In this document: positions 1 through 8,139 of the stretch, piece after piece
How positions within the stretch are numbered: position 1 is the stretch's first letter
How the letters are laid out: the number at the start of each line of letters is the position of its first letter
Origin: an uncultured archaeon
GTDB lineage: Archaea > Iainarchaeota > Iainarchaeia > Iainarchaeales > VGJJ01
Length of the DNA stretch: 64,000 bases
Direction: 5' to 3'
Assembly (NCBI GenBank): GCA_964427715.1
Contig: CAYRUV010000003.1
Location: 9,837-73,836, forward strand
Made by a program: the position numbers and the translations under genes
The notes under the pieces: model-generated
The model's database searches: none
The model's input: only the letters and a program-made list of their open reading frames with translations
Told to the model about the DNA's origin: nothing

Positions 1-222
1 TAGGTGCGCTTCCCCTCATCCGTTAAGGAATACGTAATGGCCTTGCCTGCTTTTTCTTCCACGATGAATCCCGCCTCCTTGAGTGATTTTAGGGCCGGAT
101 AAATCGTTCCCGGGGAAGGCCTCTCTCCCTTGCGCTTTTCAATTTCGTCGGCAATCTCCTGGCCATGCATGGGTTTCTTCGATAATAAAAAAAGGATGAG
201 GAAAGAAAGAAACCCCCTCATG
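1..222 (-). CDS. PadR-family winged-helix transcriptional regulator; 3' end lies outside the window and the reading frame is broken near codon 12
   Basis: Minus-strand translation from ATG 168-170 gives MHGQEIADEIEKRKGERPSPGTIYPALKSLKEAGFIVEEKAGKAITYSLTDEGKRT, a PadR core. The expected N-terminal helix MRGFLSFLILFLLS starts at ATG 220-222 in another frame. The frames meet at an A7/T7 run (188-194). Confidence 0.7.
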
Positions 223-261
223 TCACAGCAGACCTCGCTGGCCTTTTCGGAACGCATACCA

Positions 262-279
262 GTATCGGGTGTCCGATGC
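262..279. promoter_or_regulatory. Inverted repeat GTATCGG-N4-CCGATGC (one arm mismatch); candidate PadR operator
   Basis: Read directly. It uses the same 7-mer half-site as the 312-332 palindrome and lies next to the shared TATA-like box on the padR side. Confidence 0.3.
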
Positions 280-280
280 T

Positions 281-289
281 TTTATATAT
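281..289. promoter_or_regulatory. TATA-like element TTTATATAT between divergent genes
   Basis: The only strongly AT-rich box in the 223-344 spacer. It reads as TATA-like on both strands (AATATATAAAAG on minus). Confidence 0.45.
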
Positions 290-311
290 TTCGTACGCAT
301 CATATCGTATG

Positions 312-332
312 TCCGATACTCATGGTATCGGA
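312..332. promoter_or_regulatory. Perfect inverted repeat TCCGATAC-N5-GTATCGGA; candidate operator over the predicted transcription start
   Basis: 8-bp perfect arms, read directly. It begins about 23 nt downstream of the TATA-like box and ends 12 nt upstream of ATG 345. A GAGGTGG Shine-Dalgarno site lies at 331-337. Confidence 0.45.
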
Positions 333-344
333 GAGGTGGCTCAA

Positions 345-509
345 ATGTACGGTAATTGCAATTGCACGACAAATACGGGAAGAGGATTCCTGACCAATCA
401 GGAAAAAATAGAGATGCTCAAAGAATACAAGGAGCAGCTCGACATGGAATCCCAAGGTGTTGCGGAACAAATCCAGCGTCTCCAAAAGGCAGGAGCGGGG
501 ACCGCATGA
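345..509 (+). CDS. Small Cys-containing coiled-coil protein (DUF5320-like)
   Basis: MYGNCNCTTNTGRGFLTNQEKIEMLKEYKEQLDMESQGVAEQIQRLQKAG: a GRGF motif followed by a heptad helix. A Shine-Dalgarno site lies 8 nt upstream. Divergent from padR. Confidence 0.4.
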   Translation: MYGNCNCTTNTGRGFLTNQEKIEMLKEYKEQLDMESQGVAEQIQRLQKAGAGTA

Positions 510-613
510 CCCTCGCGTTCTCCGATCCCCAACCCAAGATGCCGCGGCCCATCACGCCGCACATCGAAGGGTTCGATTCTGCCGATACGGTTTTTCCGCA
601 CGGAATCCATTGA

Positions 614-1519
614 TTATTTTTTCGACGGGGAACCCTTCCCCTTCTTTTTCTTCGCTCGCGCAACCGTAGGAGTTTTTGTTTGTTTTTGCACGGGGACGTG
701 AAGCCATTCATGGAGGGCTTGATAGAGGACCCCAATCTCATCCTTTCTCACTGGCTCGAATGCACGCCAGTCGGTCGTGTCCATGGTCTTTATCTCTATG
801 GCCCTGGCGAATCGCTCGAGTGGACGAATGATCAAGGAGTAGATGAACAGCACCATGATGCCCGCCAGGAAGTACCCTAAGAGGAGAATCATATTCAGAG
901 TGTTCTCCGCGCGCGCCTCCGTCTCTCCGACCAATTTGCTGGTCCCTTCAATCTTAATGTATCGATCATTCGTGAACACCGCCAAATCTTCTGAGAGTAT
1001 TCGAGTCTTTTCGTTGCTTTGACGAATTTTCTCATACAGGGCAGCGAAGACCGAATCGTTTGCGTCGGTAATCATGGCGCCGGAAATAATTTCTTCATTG
1101 AGGGCGTCAATTTCACTTATCTCTTTCTCAAGATGAGCCGTTTGATTCTCACGCCCATCATCCAGTATGCGAATGAAGTCAAATTGGGAGTCCGAGGACC
1201 CTCCAACGACTTCTTTGAGTTTTTGAAGACTATAGTATCGCTGCAGCTGGACCTCCCGGTATCGACGAATTCCCTGCGAAATGGCAACAGGATCCTCAAT
1301 CTCAGCGGCCGTGTGAATCTCGAAGAGGATACTATTGATGACCCCTGTCATGAAGAGCACGTCTCCGGCGTATTTGACTTCGCGCGCGGAATCCAAAAAG
1401 AGATTCGATCGCACATCTTCGATTAGATTGAAGGTCTGATGGACGGTGATAAACTGATATCCGGCCAGAATTAGCATCGGCAACACCACGACTAGGAGGA
1501 CCTTATACGCGACGCGCAT
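614..1519 (-). CDS. Membrane protein with an extracytoplasmic domain and a C-terminal HAMP domain; no output domain
   Basis: N-terminal TM, a second TM (LLLGYFLAGIMVLFIYSLII), then RPLERFARAIE...DEIGVLYQALHEW (HAMP signature). Lys-rich tail. Confidence 0.6.
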   Translation of the reverse strand: MRVAYKVLLVVVLPMLILAGYQFITVHQTFNLIEDVRSNLFLDSAREVKYAGDVLFMTGVINSILFEIHTAAEIEDPVAISQGIRRYREVQLQRYYSLQKLKEVVGGSSDSQFDFIRILDDGRENQTAHLEKEISEIDALNEEIISGAMITDANDSVFAALYEKIRQSNEKTRILSEDLAVFTNDRYIKIEGTSKLVGETEARAENTLNMILLLGYFLAGIMVLFIYSLIIRPLERFARAIEIKTMDTTDWRAFEPVRKDEIGVLYQALHEWLHVPVQKQTKTPTVARAKKKKGKGSPSKK

Positions 1520-2162
1520 CGGAGGCCTCCTGTTCCATTAACGGCATTCCTTCACGATGAGGTTGGATGCCAAGCATGAAGAAGAATAGTCCCAGTAACG
1601 CGTAAGCCGCAGCCGTATGGATGGCCATTCCCGTGCTTTGGGCCGTGAGGTAGTACATGGAAGGTATCTGAAACACATATCCCACAAGGGCCATGCCGCC
1701 TATTCCAAGCAAAGCAAGCCCGCCCCATTTAGAGGTCTTGGAAATCGAATACCCCATGGCAACCAAGAAGGCGAGGAAAAAAAGAATGGAGGTTGATACA
1801 ATCGTGCCCAGACTGGGAATGGGATTTTGCGTTTCGGATGTGAATGCGAGGAGGTGAAATCCCGTGTCGACGTCCAAAAAATATCCAACGGCTAAAGGGA
1901 AGGCAATCATAAACAAGAGGCATCCTCCCACCATAATCTTAATCATCGACGCCGGCTGCTTCTCAGAGTGGGTGATGTGAAAAAAGGAACGCAGGAGGAC
2001 ACCGCCCAGCAGAATAGAAAGGGCCGTGGTGAACTTCATCATGGGAGCATGGGGAAAGGGCGCCATGAGCATGGGGATGTCGGCCACCCACCCCAACATG
2101 ACGAGTAACCCCAAGAAGATGAACGCGACGCTCGCGGGCTTGATGAGGCGATAGATATCCAT
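1503..2162 (-). CDS. Polytopic membrane protein resembling N-terminal sensor modules of histidine kinases
   Basis: About six hydrophobic helices. LGWVADIPMLMAPFPHAPMMKFTTALSILLGG resembles the membrane sensor region found ahead of PAS/kinase domains. Overlaps the HAMP gene by 17 nt. Confidence 0.45.
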   Translation of the reverse strand: MDIYRLIKPASVAFIFLGLLVMLGWVADIPMLMAPFPHAPMMKFTTALSILLGGVLLRSFFHITHSEKQPASMIKIMVGGCLLFMIAFPLAVGYFLDVDTGFHLLAFTSETQNPIPSLGTIVSTSILFFLAFLVAMGYSISKTSKWGGLALLGIGGMALVGYVFQIPSMYYLTAQSTGMAIHTAAAYALLGLFFFMLGIQPHREGMPLMEQEASDARRV

Positions 2163-2212
2163 GGGTCGGGGACTGAATCCGGGTTAATAAAACACGCCCG
2201 GAAAAGAGCACA

Positions 2213-2776
2213 TTATCGCAGGCGCACAGGATGAGATGCGGATAAATCATAGATTTTGGACGGGACTCCATGAAGGAGACCGGCGTCAATCACATAGTCC
2301 ACTCCCCTCCGCATCGAGAGTGGAATTGTATGTACGTCCTGCAAGGGAGGATCTCCGGAACGATTCACACTGGTCGTGACAAAAGGAATTCCCGCGTCAC
2401 GGAGGAGGGAGACAAAGGGATGAAGAGGGATGCGAATCCCAATCGTCGTGCCCGCGCTCACCGATGAAAGAAATCGAGGGGATTTTTTCTCCCAAATGAA
2501 GGTGTATCTCCCGGGGAGTTTTTGGAGAAATGATGCATGACGCACATGCATGTGTTCGCGCACCCACCCCTTCGTGGGGGCAATGACGGAAAACGGTTTT
2601 CGTGTGTCGCGTCGCTTCAATTGTTTGATTTTTTTCACCGCTGCATGATTGTGGGCATCGCACCCAATCCCATAGATGGTGTCCGTGGGATAGATGAATA
2701 TTTTTCCCGCACGAATAGCCTTCACTATTTCTTCGCGCCGTGAACCCACGGCATCCGCGAGGGAGAGAACGTCCAT
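2213..2776 (-). CDS. L-threonylcarbamoyladenylate synthase, YrdC/TsaC/Sua5 family (short form)
   Basis: KIFIYPTDTIYGIGCDA, SVIAP and TTSVNRSGDPP motifs typical of the YrdC domain. 187 aa. Confidence 0.85.
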   Translation of the reverse strand: MDVLSLADAVGSRREEIVKAIRAGKIFIYPTDTIYGIGCDAHNHAAVKKIKQLKRRDTRKPFSVIAPTKGWVREHMHVRHASFLQKLPGRYTFIWEKKSPRFLSSVSAGTTIGIRIPLHPFVSLLRDAGIPFVTTSVNRSGDPPLQDVHTIPLSMRRGVDYVIDAGLLHGVPSKIYDLSASHPVRLR

Positions 2777-2825
2777 GGAGACTCTCCCTTTGGTCCCGAA
2801 TAAAAGTGTTCCCTCGCAGACGCGC

Positions 2826-3170
2826 TTATTTCTCCGCTAACTCATCTAATTCTTTCGCCATGGAATGAATGCGCCTCCGTGCAGTGGACTCAGCGTCATC
2901 CGCGGCCTTCCGGACGTGCGTCTTGGCTCTCTCAATGTGCGCGTCTCCTTCCTCTCGTATTCCGCGCAGCACCGTGGTGGCTCCTTCCTTTACGTCATGG
3001 GCAATGTCCGCCACGGGGTTGTATTGGAGCAGCCACGCCCCCGCAATGGCCAGGCCTAATCCGAGGAGGAGGGACAAATCAATGCTCCCTGCGCCCCCCG
3101 GTCCATTCGGGGAGAGCATGAACACGACTCCCACGAACAGGAGGAGTATGCCAATGGTCTTGAGCATCAT
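2826..3170 (-). CDS. Hypothetical membrane protein (2 TM plus a charged helical tail)
   Basis: ORF with two hydrophobic segments and an Ala/Glu/Arg-rich C-terminus. Its start is coupled to an upstream micro-ORF. Confidence 0.5.
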   Translation of the reverse strand: MMLKTIGILLLFVGVVFMLSPNGPGGAGSIDLSLLLGLGLAIAGAWLLQYNPVADIAHDVKEGATTVLRGIREEGDAHIERAKTHVRKAADDAESTARRRIHSMAKELDELAEK

Positions 3171-3259
3171 TATACCACTCCCTTCAGGCAGAGGCCCAGA
3201 CGGTCTTCACGCCGAACGGGCATCCACTCTTCGTTTCTTTTCTTGGTTTTCTTATCCAT
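3170..3259 (-). CDS. 29-aa micro-ORF (MDKKTKKRNEEWMPVRREDRLGLCLKGVV)
   Basis: AAGGAGGTGA Shine-Dalgarno site 7 nt upstream of ATG 3257-3259. Its TAA stop overlaps the ATG of the next gene (TAATG). Confidence 0.4.
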   Translation of the reverse strand: MDKKTKKRNEEWMPVRREDRLGLCLKGVV

Positions 3260-3288
3260 GCGCGTCACCTCCTTTTGGTCGCGCGATT

Positions 3289-3555
3289 TTATGCGATGAC
3301 GATTCCTAGCAGGTTGAGAATCACCAAGAGTATGATTCCCGGCAACCCGCCTAATGCAACGATGAGTACCGTCCAGATGTTGATGGGAATCTGGATGACC
3401 GGCAGGAAGTTCAGCAGGATCAAAATGGCGAGACCTACAAGACTATTGATGATCAGCCACAGGAGTCCCCCGCCGAACTTGATGGCAACGATGATCAACA
3501 GTAGGGTGAGCAATCCGCTCAGCAGGGGGCCGAGCCAGATGATAGTAGCAGCCAT
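3289..3555 (-). CDS. BofA-like small integral membrane protein
   Basis: 88 aa with three hydrophobic helices. IQIPINIWTVLIVALGGLPGIILL resembles the BofA LPIN...GIPG motif. Confidence 0.5.
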   Translation of the reverse strand: MAATIIWLGPLLSGLLTLLLIIVAIKFGGGLLWLIINSLVGLAILILLNFLPVIQIPINIWTVLIVALGGLPGIILLVILNLLGIVIA

Positions 3556-3567
3556 AGGGATATTCCC

Positions 3568-3828
3568 CTACCGGGGACCTCCTTGGTATTGATCATCTAC
3601 CAATAAGGAATCATCCTCATCATCCGAATCCTGCGGCCGCTCGCGGACGCGCGCCTCTTGGGTGAGGCGTGGAACGTGGGGGGATGTAGAGAATATGTAT
3701 CCACAGGAAGGACACGTCACCTTATTCCTCATCACGTCGGAGGACCCCTCCGCGTATTTAGTCGGTTCGTGACCGACGGTATTTTTCGACATGGGTTTCA
3801 CCTCGTTTTTTTGGAGTGACAAATTCAC
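3568..3828 (-). CDS. Small zinc-ribbon-like protein, hypothetical
   Basis: Contains CPSCGY. GTG start at 3828; an alternative ATG at 3792 (MSKNTV). Acidic C-terminus. Confidence 0.4.
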   Translation of the reverse strand: MNLSLQKNEVKPMSKNTVGHEPTKYAEGSSDVMRNKVTCPSCGYIFSTSPHVPRLTQEARVRERPQDSDDEDDSLLVDDQYQGGPR

Positions 3829-4051
3829 CCCTTTCTACTCGGGCCCAAAATCAGGCTGCCCATGTGTGGGTTGGATAGTTAATGTACTTACTTTACCGAA
3901 AGCTTTACTCATTATCGAAATGAGTGGGTTAACACGATTAGTTCCACGATGGTCAAAACCCCATTAGACAATCGTGGAAGATTTCAAATCCAAAGGAATA
4001 AATGGGCGAAATAGAAGTAAACACCAGAAGCACCGCAGGAGGGTGAAAAAT

Positions 4052-4429
4052 ATGACATACGTGGACGGGTTCGTAATCCCCATGAAGAAGGAAAATATTT
4101 CCAAATACAAAAAGATGGCCCAGTGGGGATCGAAGATGTGGAAGAAGCACGGGGCACTGGATTATTACGAGTGCATCGGAGACGACCTGAGAGTCAAGAA
4201 GGGCATGGGTCTAGGATTTGTGAAGATGGCCAAGCTCAAGAAGGGAGAAACGGTTGTCTTTTCATTCATCGTCTATAAGTCCCGCAAGCACAGGGATGAA
4301 GTGAACAAAGCCGTGATGAAAGAGATGAGCAAGAACATGACCGCCAAAGAGATGGAAAAAATGGGAGAAATCATGGACATGAAGCGATTCACCACGGGTG
4401 GATTTCAGACCATTGTCGAGTGGAAATAA
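4052..4429 (+). CDS. DUF1428 family protein
   Basis: MTYVDGFVIPMKKENISKYKKMAQWGSKMWKKHGALDYYECIGDDL...GETVVFSFIVYKSRKHRDEVNKAVM matches DUF1428. AGGAGGGTGA upstream. The ORF-track start at 3974 is rejected. Confidence 0.8.
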   Translation: MTYVDGFVIPMKKENISKYKKMAQWGSKMWKKHGALDYYECIGDDLRVKKGMGLGFVKMAKLKKGETVVFSFIVYKSRKHRDEVNKAVMKEMSKNMTAKEMEKMGEIMDMKRFTTGGFQTIVEWK

Positions 4430-4513
4430 TCACGAGAAGGGAACCCCTCCCCGAGGGGAAAATCCCTCTCCTTCTCTTTTTGTTTTAAGAAATGTTCCAT
4501 TGGTTGAGCGTAC

Positions 4514-5536
4514 ATGATCCTCGAATGGGCGCTCATACTGATTGAGGTTATTGTCATCGGATACCTGGGCAGTACCCTCGGAAAGTTCATCCATGCCGGA
4601 ATTGTCAAGGGAATGAAGTTTCTCTCTAAGCGCACCGCTCTTACGCTGGACGATATCCTCCTCCAGTACGTGGAGAATCCCCTCCGATTGAGCATCACCG
4701 TATTAGCCATCCTCCTCATGTCGGGAATCGTCCCCAACCTGCAAGTGGTGCAGACGACCATGATGACATATGGGTTGGCGATCCTCGTCATACTGATTGC
4801 CTACACCCTCTCCGAGACGGTAGGGGCGTTCCTTCGCTGGTACTACGAGGTGTCCAAAACAAGGCAGACCCAATTCCTCGACCTCACTCTTCTTCCCTTC
4901 GTCCGGAAGGTGACGCGAATTGTGTTCATCACGGCCGGGGGAATCATTGCCCTCTCATTGGTGGGAGTCGAGGTTTCCGGGTTGTTGGCCATCTCATCGG
5001 TCGTGGTATTGATTCTCGGATTGGCCTCGCAGGAATCATTGGCGAATATTTTCGCCGGATTAGTACTTCAGTTGGATCGCCCTGCTTCATACGGAGATTA
5101 CGTGCGCACCCTCAATGGAGATATTCTCCGACTCCAGAAGATTGGTTCCCGTTCCGCCAAACTGGTGGATTTGGATGGGAACATTGTGGTGATGTCAAAT
5201 AGCGAATTAGCCAAGCAGCGCCTCACCAACCTATCCAATCTCCGCGCAGGATTCCACACCAACCTAACCACTGAAATCCCACACAGGATCCCATTCGCAA
5301 AAGTGGAGGAAGTTCTGGAGAGATTTTTCCAAAAGGAAAGCACCAAAAAGACCACCACGCGCGCAAGCCCCATGCAGGTGGAGCGCATCACGAAGGACGG
5401 ATATGTCATACAGATTCCCATCCTAGTGAAAGATGCGGAATCCTTCCTCTCAATCCGTGATCGAATCAATCGCGCAATACTGGAAGAGATTCACGGAGTT
5501 AAGGTCACGCATCCCTTCGTGAAGGACAAAGAATAA
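4514..5536 (+). CDS. Small-conductance mechanosensitive channel (MscS family)
   Basis: N-terminal TM helices, then LGLASQESLANIFAGLVLQLDRPASYGDYV, the MscS pore and beta-domain signature. Confidence 0.85.
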   Translation: MILEWALILIEVIVIGYLGSTLGKFIHAGIVKGMKFLSKRTALTLDDILLQYVENPLRLSITVLAILLMSGIVPNLQVVQTTMMTYGLAILVILIAYTLSETVGAFLRWYYEVSKTRQTQFLDLTLLPFVRKVTRIVFITAGGIIALSLVGVEVSGLLAISSVVVLILGLASQESLANIFAGLVLQLDRPASYGDYVRTLNGDILRLQKIGSRSAKLVDLDGNIVVMSNSELAKQRLTNLSNLRAGFHTNLTTEIPHRIPFAKVEEVLERFFQKESTKKTTTRASPMQVERITKDGYVIQIPILVKDAESFLSIRDRINRAILEEIHGVKVTHPFVKDKE

Positions 5537-5581
5537 GTCCCAATCGCATCATTTATATCAAGCAGAAAACACCAAATTCAG

Positions 5582-5875
5582 TTGGTTGGAGGAATCACCT
5601 TCTTGGCGAAACAATTAGGGGGAAGCGGCTCCTTCACCCAGAATGCCTATCTCCTTTCGCGAATCATCTTCCCTCTTTCTCTTGTGGGATTGGCCGCGGG
5701 CCTCCTAGCGCAGCTTCCCTTCATTGGATTTATCTTTCCGGTGGCACTGGCCGCGGGGGGAGTCGCGGTCTTTCTGAATGTTATTCGCGTATCGAACACG
5801 CTGTCGTTGGATAAATCAGCCATCATCGTGTTGGCCGCCATACTCCTGGGAAATTTTCTCTTCTCATTTTGGTGA
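5582..5875 (+). CDS. Hypothetical small membrane protein (Yip1-like C-terminal helices)
   Basis: TTG start about 25 nt after CATTTATATCAAG. Three hydrophobic segments. No recognisable catalytic motif. Confidence 0.35.
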   Translation: MVGGITFLAKQLGGSGSFTQNAYLLSRIIFPLSLVGLAAGLLAQLPFIGFIFPVALAAGGVAVFLNVIRVSNTLSLDKSAIIVLAAILLGNFLFSFW

Positions 5876-5936
5876 AACAACCCTTCGAAGGGTTTCGTGA
5901 ACAATTATATAAACTTGAGGAAAAACACTAGGAAGT

Positions 5937-6515
5937 ATGCCCAAATCCCCTCCTGCATCTAAAAAAAAGATAACCCTTGAGCAAAGCAAAGAATTGCTCA
6001 AAGTCTTGAAAGCCCGCTTTGAAATGCATAAGAATCGACACAAGGGAATCGATTGGACCAACGTAGAGGCGCGCCTGAATATTCGTCCTGAAAAAATGGA
6101 ATCACTCTACGAGATGGAAAAGACGGGCGGTGAACCCGATGTGGTGGGTCACGATAAGAAAACAGGTGAATACATTTTCTATGACTGCTCCCCCGAAAGC
6201 CCCGCTGGGCGCCGAAGCCTTTGTTATGATCACGAGGCATTGAAGGCGAGAAAGGAACACCCCCCAAAGGATAGCGCCGTGAACTTGGCTGCGTCGATGG
6301 GCATTGAGATTCTAAACGAAGAACAGTATCGCACGTTGCAAGAATTGGGAAATTTTGACCTGAAAACATCCAGTTGGATTGAAACCCCTTCCGAGATTCG
6401 AAAGCACGGCGGAGCGGTTTTCATGGATCGCCGATACAACCACGTTTTTCTGTACCATAATGGTGCCGAATCCTACTATGCCAGTCGTGCATTTCGCGGC
6501 ACGTTACGGGTTTAA
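5937..6515 (+). CDS. DUF4256 family protein
   Basis: MEKTGGEPDVVGHD, YDCSPESPAGRRSLCYD, KTSSWIETPSEIRKHGGAVF and YHNGAESYYASRAFRG blocks are characteristic of DUF4256. Confidence 0.8.
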   Translation: MPKSPPASKKKITLEQSKELLKVLKARFEMHKNRHKGIDWTNVEARLNIRPEKMESLYEMEKTGGEPDVVGHDKKTGEYIFYDCSPESPAGRRSLCYDHEALKARKEHPPKDSAVNLAASMGIEILNEEQYRTLQELGNFDLKTSSWIETPSEIRKHGGAVFMDRRYNHVFLYHNGAESYYASRAFRGTLRV

Positions 6516-6546
6516 CCGATGCGATCACTTTTTTCCAGGAAATACC

Positions 6547-7035
6547 TTAGAATAGTTTTACGCCGAAAAAATTGTATAAGGCCAACGTGAATTCAGCCAA
6601 CGCCACTTTCGCATGGGAACCCAGCGACCGAGCTTCTACCCGAATAGCACCTTGATTTTTGAGCTCGAGGAATTCCTTGACTTGATCTTCAGCCACATAG
6701 ATGCGTTCAATGGCTTGCTGTTGGATGGTAATGGCGAGCGTGGCATCTGTACGAGCACCGCATTCAATCTCAGGTATCTTCCCGTTTTCCACCCTGCCCG
6801 CAATCAAAAAAGGAGGCCCTTCCCGAAAGACCGTGAGATTCACAATTTCACCATCCATGAGTGAAACGATGGGTGCATTGTTCACAATCTTGGTAATTTC
6901 AAATGTTTTCTGGTTATATGCGATCGTGGGACAATCCGCTGTTTTCCAGTCGATCGTGTCGGCCGAAACAACCGTCATAAATAATAAAAAAAATACGCCC
7001 GACAAAATCGTTTTCATCATGATGCAAGAGACCAT
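6547..7035 (-). CDS. Hypothetical secreted protein
   Basis: Signal-like MKTILSGVFFLLFMTVVSA. No recognised domain. Confidence 0.45.
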   Translation of the reverse strand: MVSCIMMKTILSGVFFLLFMTVVSADTIDWKTADCPTIAYNQKTFEITKIVNNAPIVSLMDGEIVNLTVFREGPPFLIAGRVENGKIPEIECGARTDATLAITIQQQAIERIYVAEDQVKEFLELKNQGAIRVEARSLGSHAKVALAEFTLALYNFFGVKLF

Positions 7036-7081
7036 TTTCTCTAATAAAAAGGAATCTCTTCCACTCTTGGGGGGCGGGGCA

Positions 7082-7441
7082 TTATTTCCGCAAAATCTTC
7101 TCCAGGGGTCTGCCTTTCGCTAACTCGTCAATTAGCTTGTCCAGGTAACGGACTTCCCGCATGAGGGGGTCTTTGATTTCTTCGATGCGCACACCGCAAA
7201 TCACACCCGTGATGAGTTTCCGAACCGGGTTGAGTTTAGCCTTTTTGAAGAATTCTTCGAAGGTTATTTTCTTTGCCAATTGGGCCTCAAACTGTTTCTG
7301 CGTATATCCGGTTAACCACCGAATGATTTCATCCACCTCTTCTTTTGTTCTCCCTTTCTTCTCGGCCTTCGCAAGGTAATAGGGATAAACTCCTGCGAAA
7401 ATCATTTTTCGAACACGTTCGTTTGATTTGGCATTTTCCAT
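7082..7441 (-). CDS. DUF2200 family protein
   Basis: [28 protein letters not shown] and [44 protein letters not shown] are near-canonical DUF2200 blocks. Confidence 0.85.
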   Translation of the reverse strand: MENAKSNERVRKMIFAGVYPYYLAKAEKKGRTKEEVDEIIRWLTGYTQKQFEAQLAKKITFEEFFKKAKLNPVRKLITGVICGVRIEEIKDPLMREVRYLDKLIDELAKGRPLEKILRK

Positions 7442-7540
7442 AGGTAATTCCTCAAAACCCGCTTATTAAATCCGGTTGACCGGGGCAGTCTAATTAACCT
7501 ATTGGATTCAACAATCCTATTCATCTCGGAGGAATAACAG

Positions 7541-8110
7541 ATGCGCAAAATTGTGTTCCTGAATCACATTTCATTGGACGGGTTCGTGGCGGGTCCGAAT
7601 GGAGAAATGGACTGGATTAAGCTCCCGCAGGAATTGTTTGATTGGGGAAACACCCTCACGGATCAGGCCGACACGGCGCTATACGGCCGCACCACCTATT
7701 GGATGATGCAGAACTATTGGCCCACAGCTGGAAACAAACCCAACGCGGGCAAACACGACAAGGAGCATTCTGCCTGGTACAACAAAGTCACGAAGGTGGT
7801 GGTGTCCAGAACCATGCAAGATACGGGACTAGAGAAAACCATCCTCATTCGGGACCATTTAGTGCAAAACGTCAAAAAGCTCAAAGAGCAACCGGGGAAG
7901 AACATCCAGATGTACGGAAGCCCGAGCGTGATTCAAGAGCTGATGAATGCCGATTTGATTGATGAATTCTATTTGACAGTGAATCCGATTATTTTAGGAA
8001 AAGGAAAACCCTTGTTTACCAACATTCAGCATAAAATGAAATTTAGCTTGGTCGAGGCCAAGACATTCCCGCAGGGAGTGGTGTTGCTTCACTACGTAAG
8101 GGAAAAATAG
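7541..8110 (+). CDS. Dihydrofolate reductase-like protein (RibD C-terminal domain family)
   Basis: MRKIVFLNHISLDGFVAGPNGEMDWI...YGRTTY...MYGSPSVIQELMNADLIDEFYLTVNPIILGKG. Confidence 0.8.
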   Translation: MRKIVFLNHISLDGFVAGPNGEMDWIKLPQELFDWGNTLTDQADTALYGRTTYWMMQNYWPTAGNKPNAGKHDKEHSAWYNKVTKVVVSRTMQDTGLEKTILIRDHLVQNVKKLKEQPGKNIQMYGSPSVIQELMNADLIDEFYLTVNPIILGKGKPLFTNIQHKMKFSLVEAKTFPQGVVLLHYVREK

Positions 8111-8139
8111 TCCCCGGTGTTGCACCGGGAGTATTCTAA

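Noticed and set aside
130-741. Several 60-107-aa track ORFs on both strands (130-393, 300-485, 356-613, 398-610, 418-741, 457-669).
   Set aside because: They overlap the PadR gene, the promoter region, the DUF5320-like ORF or the 3' end of the HAMP gene. None has a Shine-Dalgarno site or recognisable motifs.
3907-3978. Two short inverted repeats (ACTCATT-N5-AATGAGT at 3907-3925 and CCACGAT-N21-ATCGTGG at 3944-3978) upstream of the DUF1428 gene, considered as operators.
   Set aside because: The 7-bp arms occur once each, with no adjacent regulator gene and no second copy of the half-sites. That is too weak to call a regulatory site.
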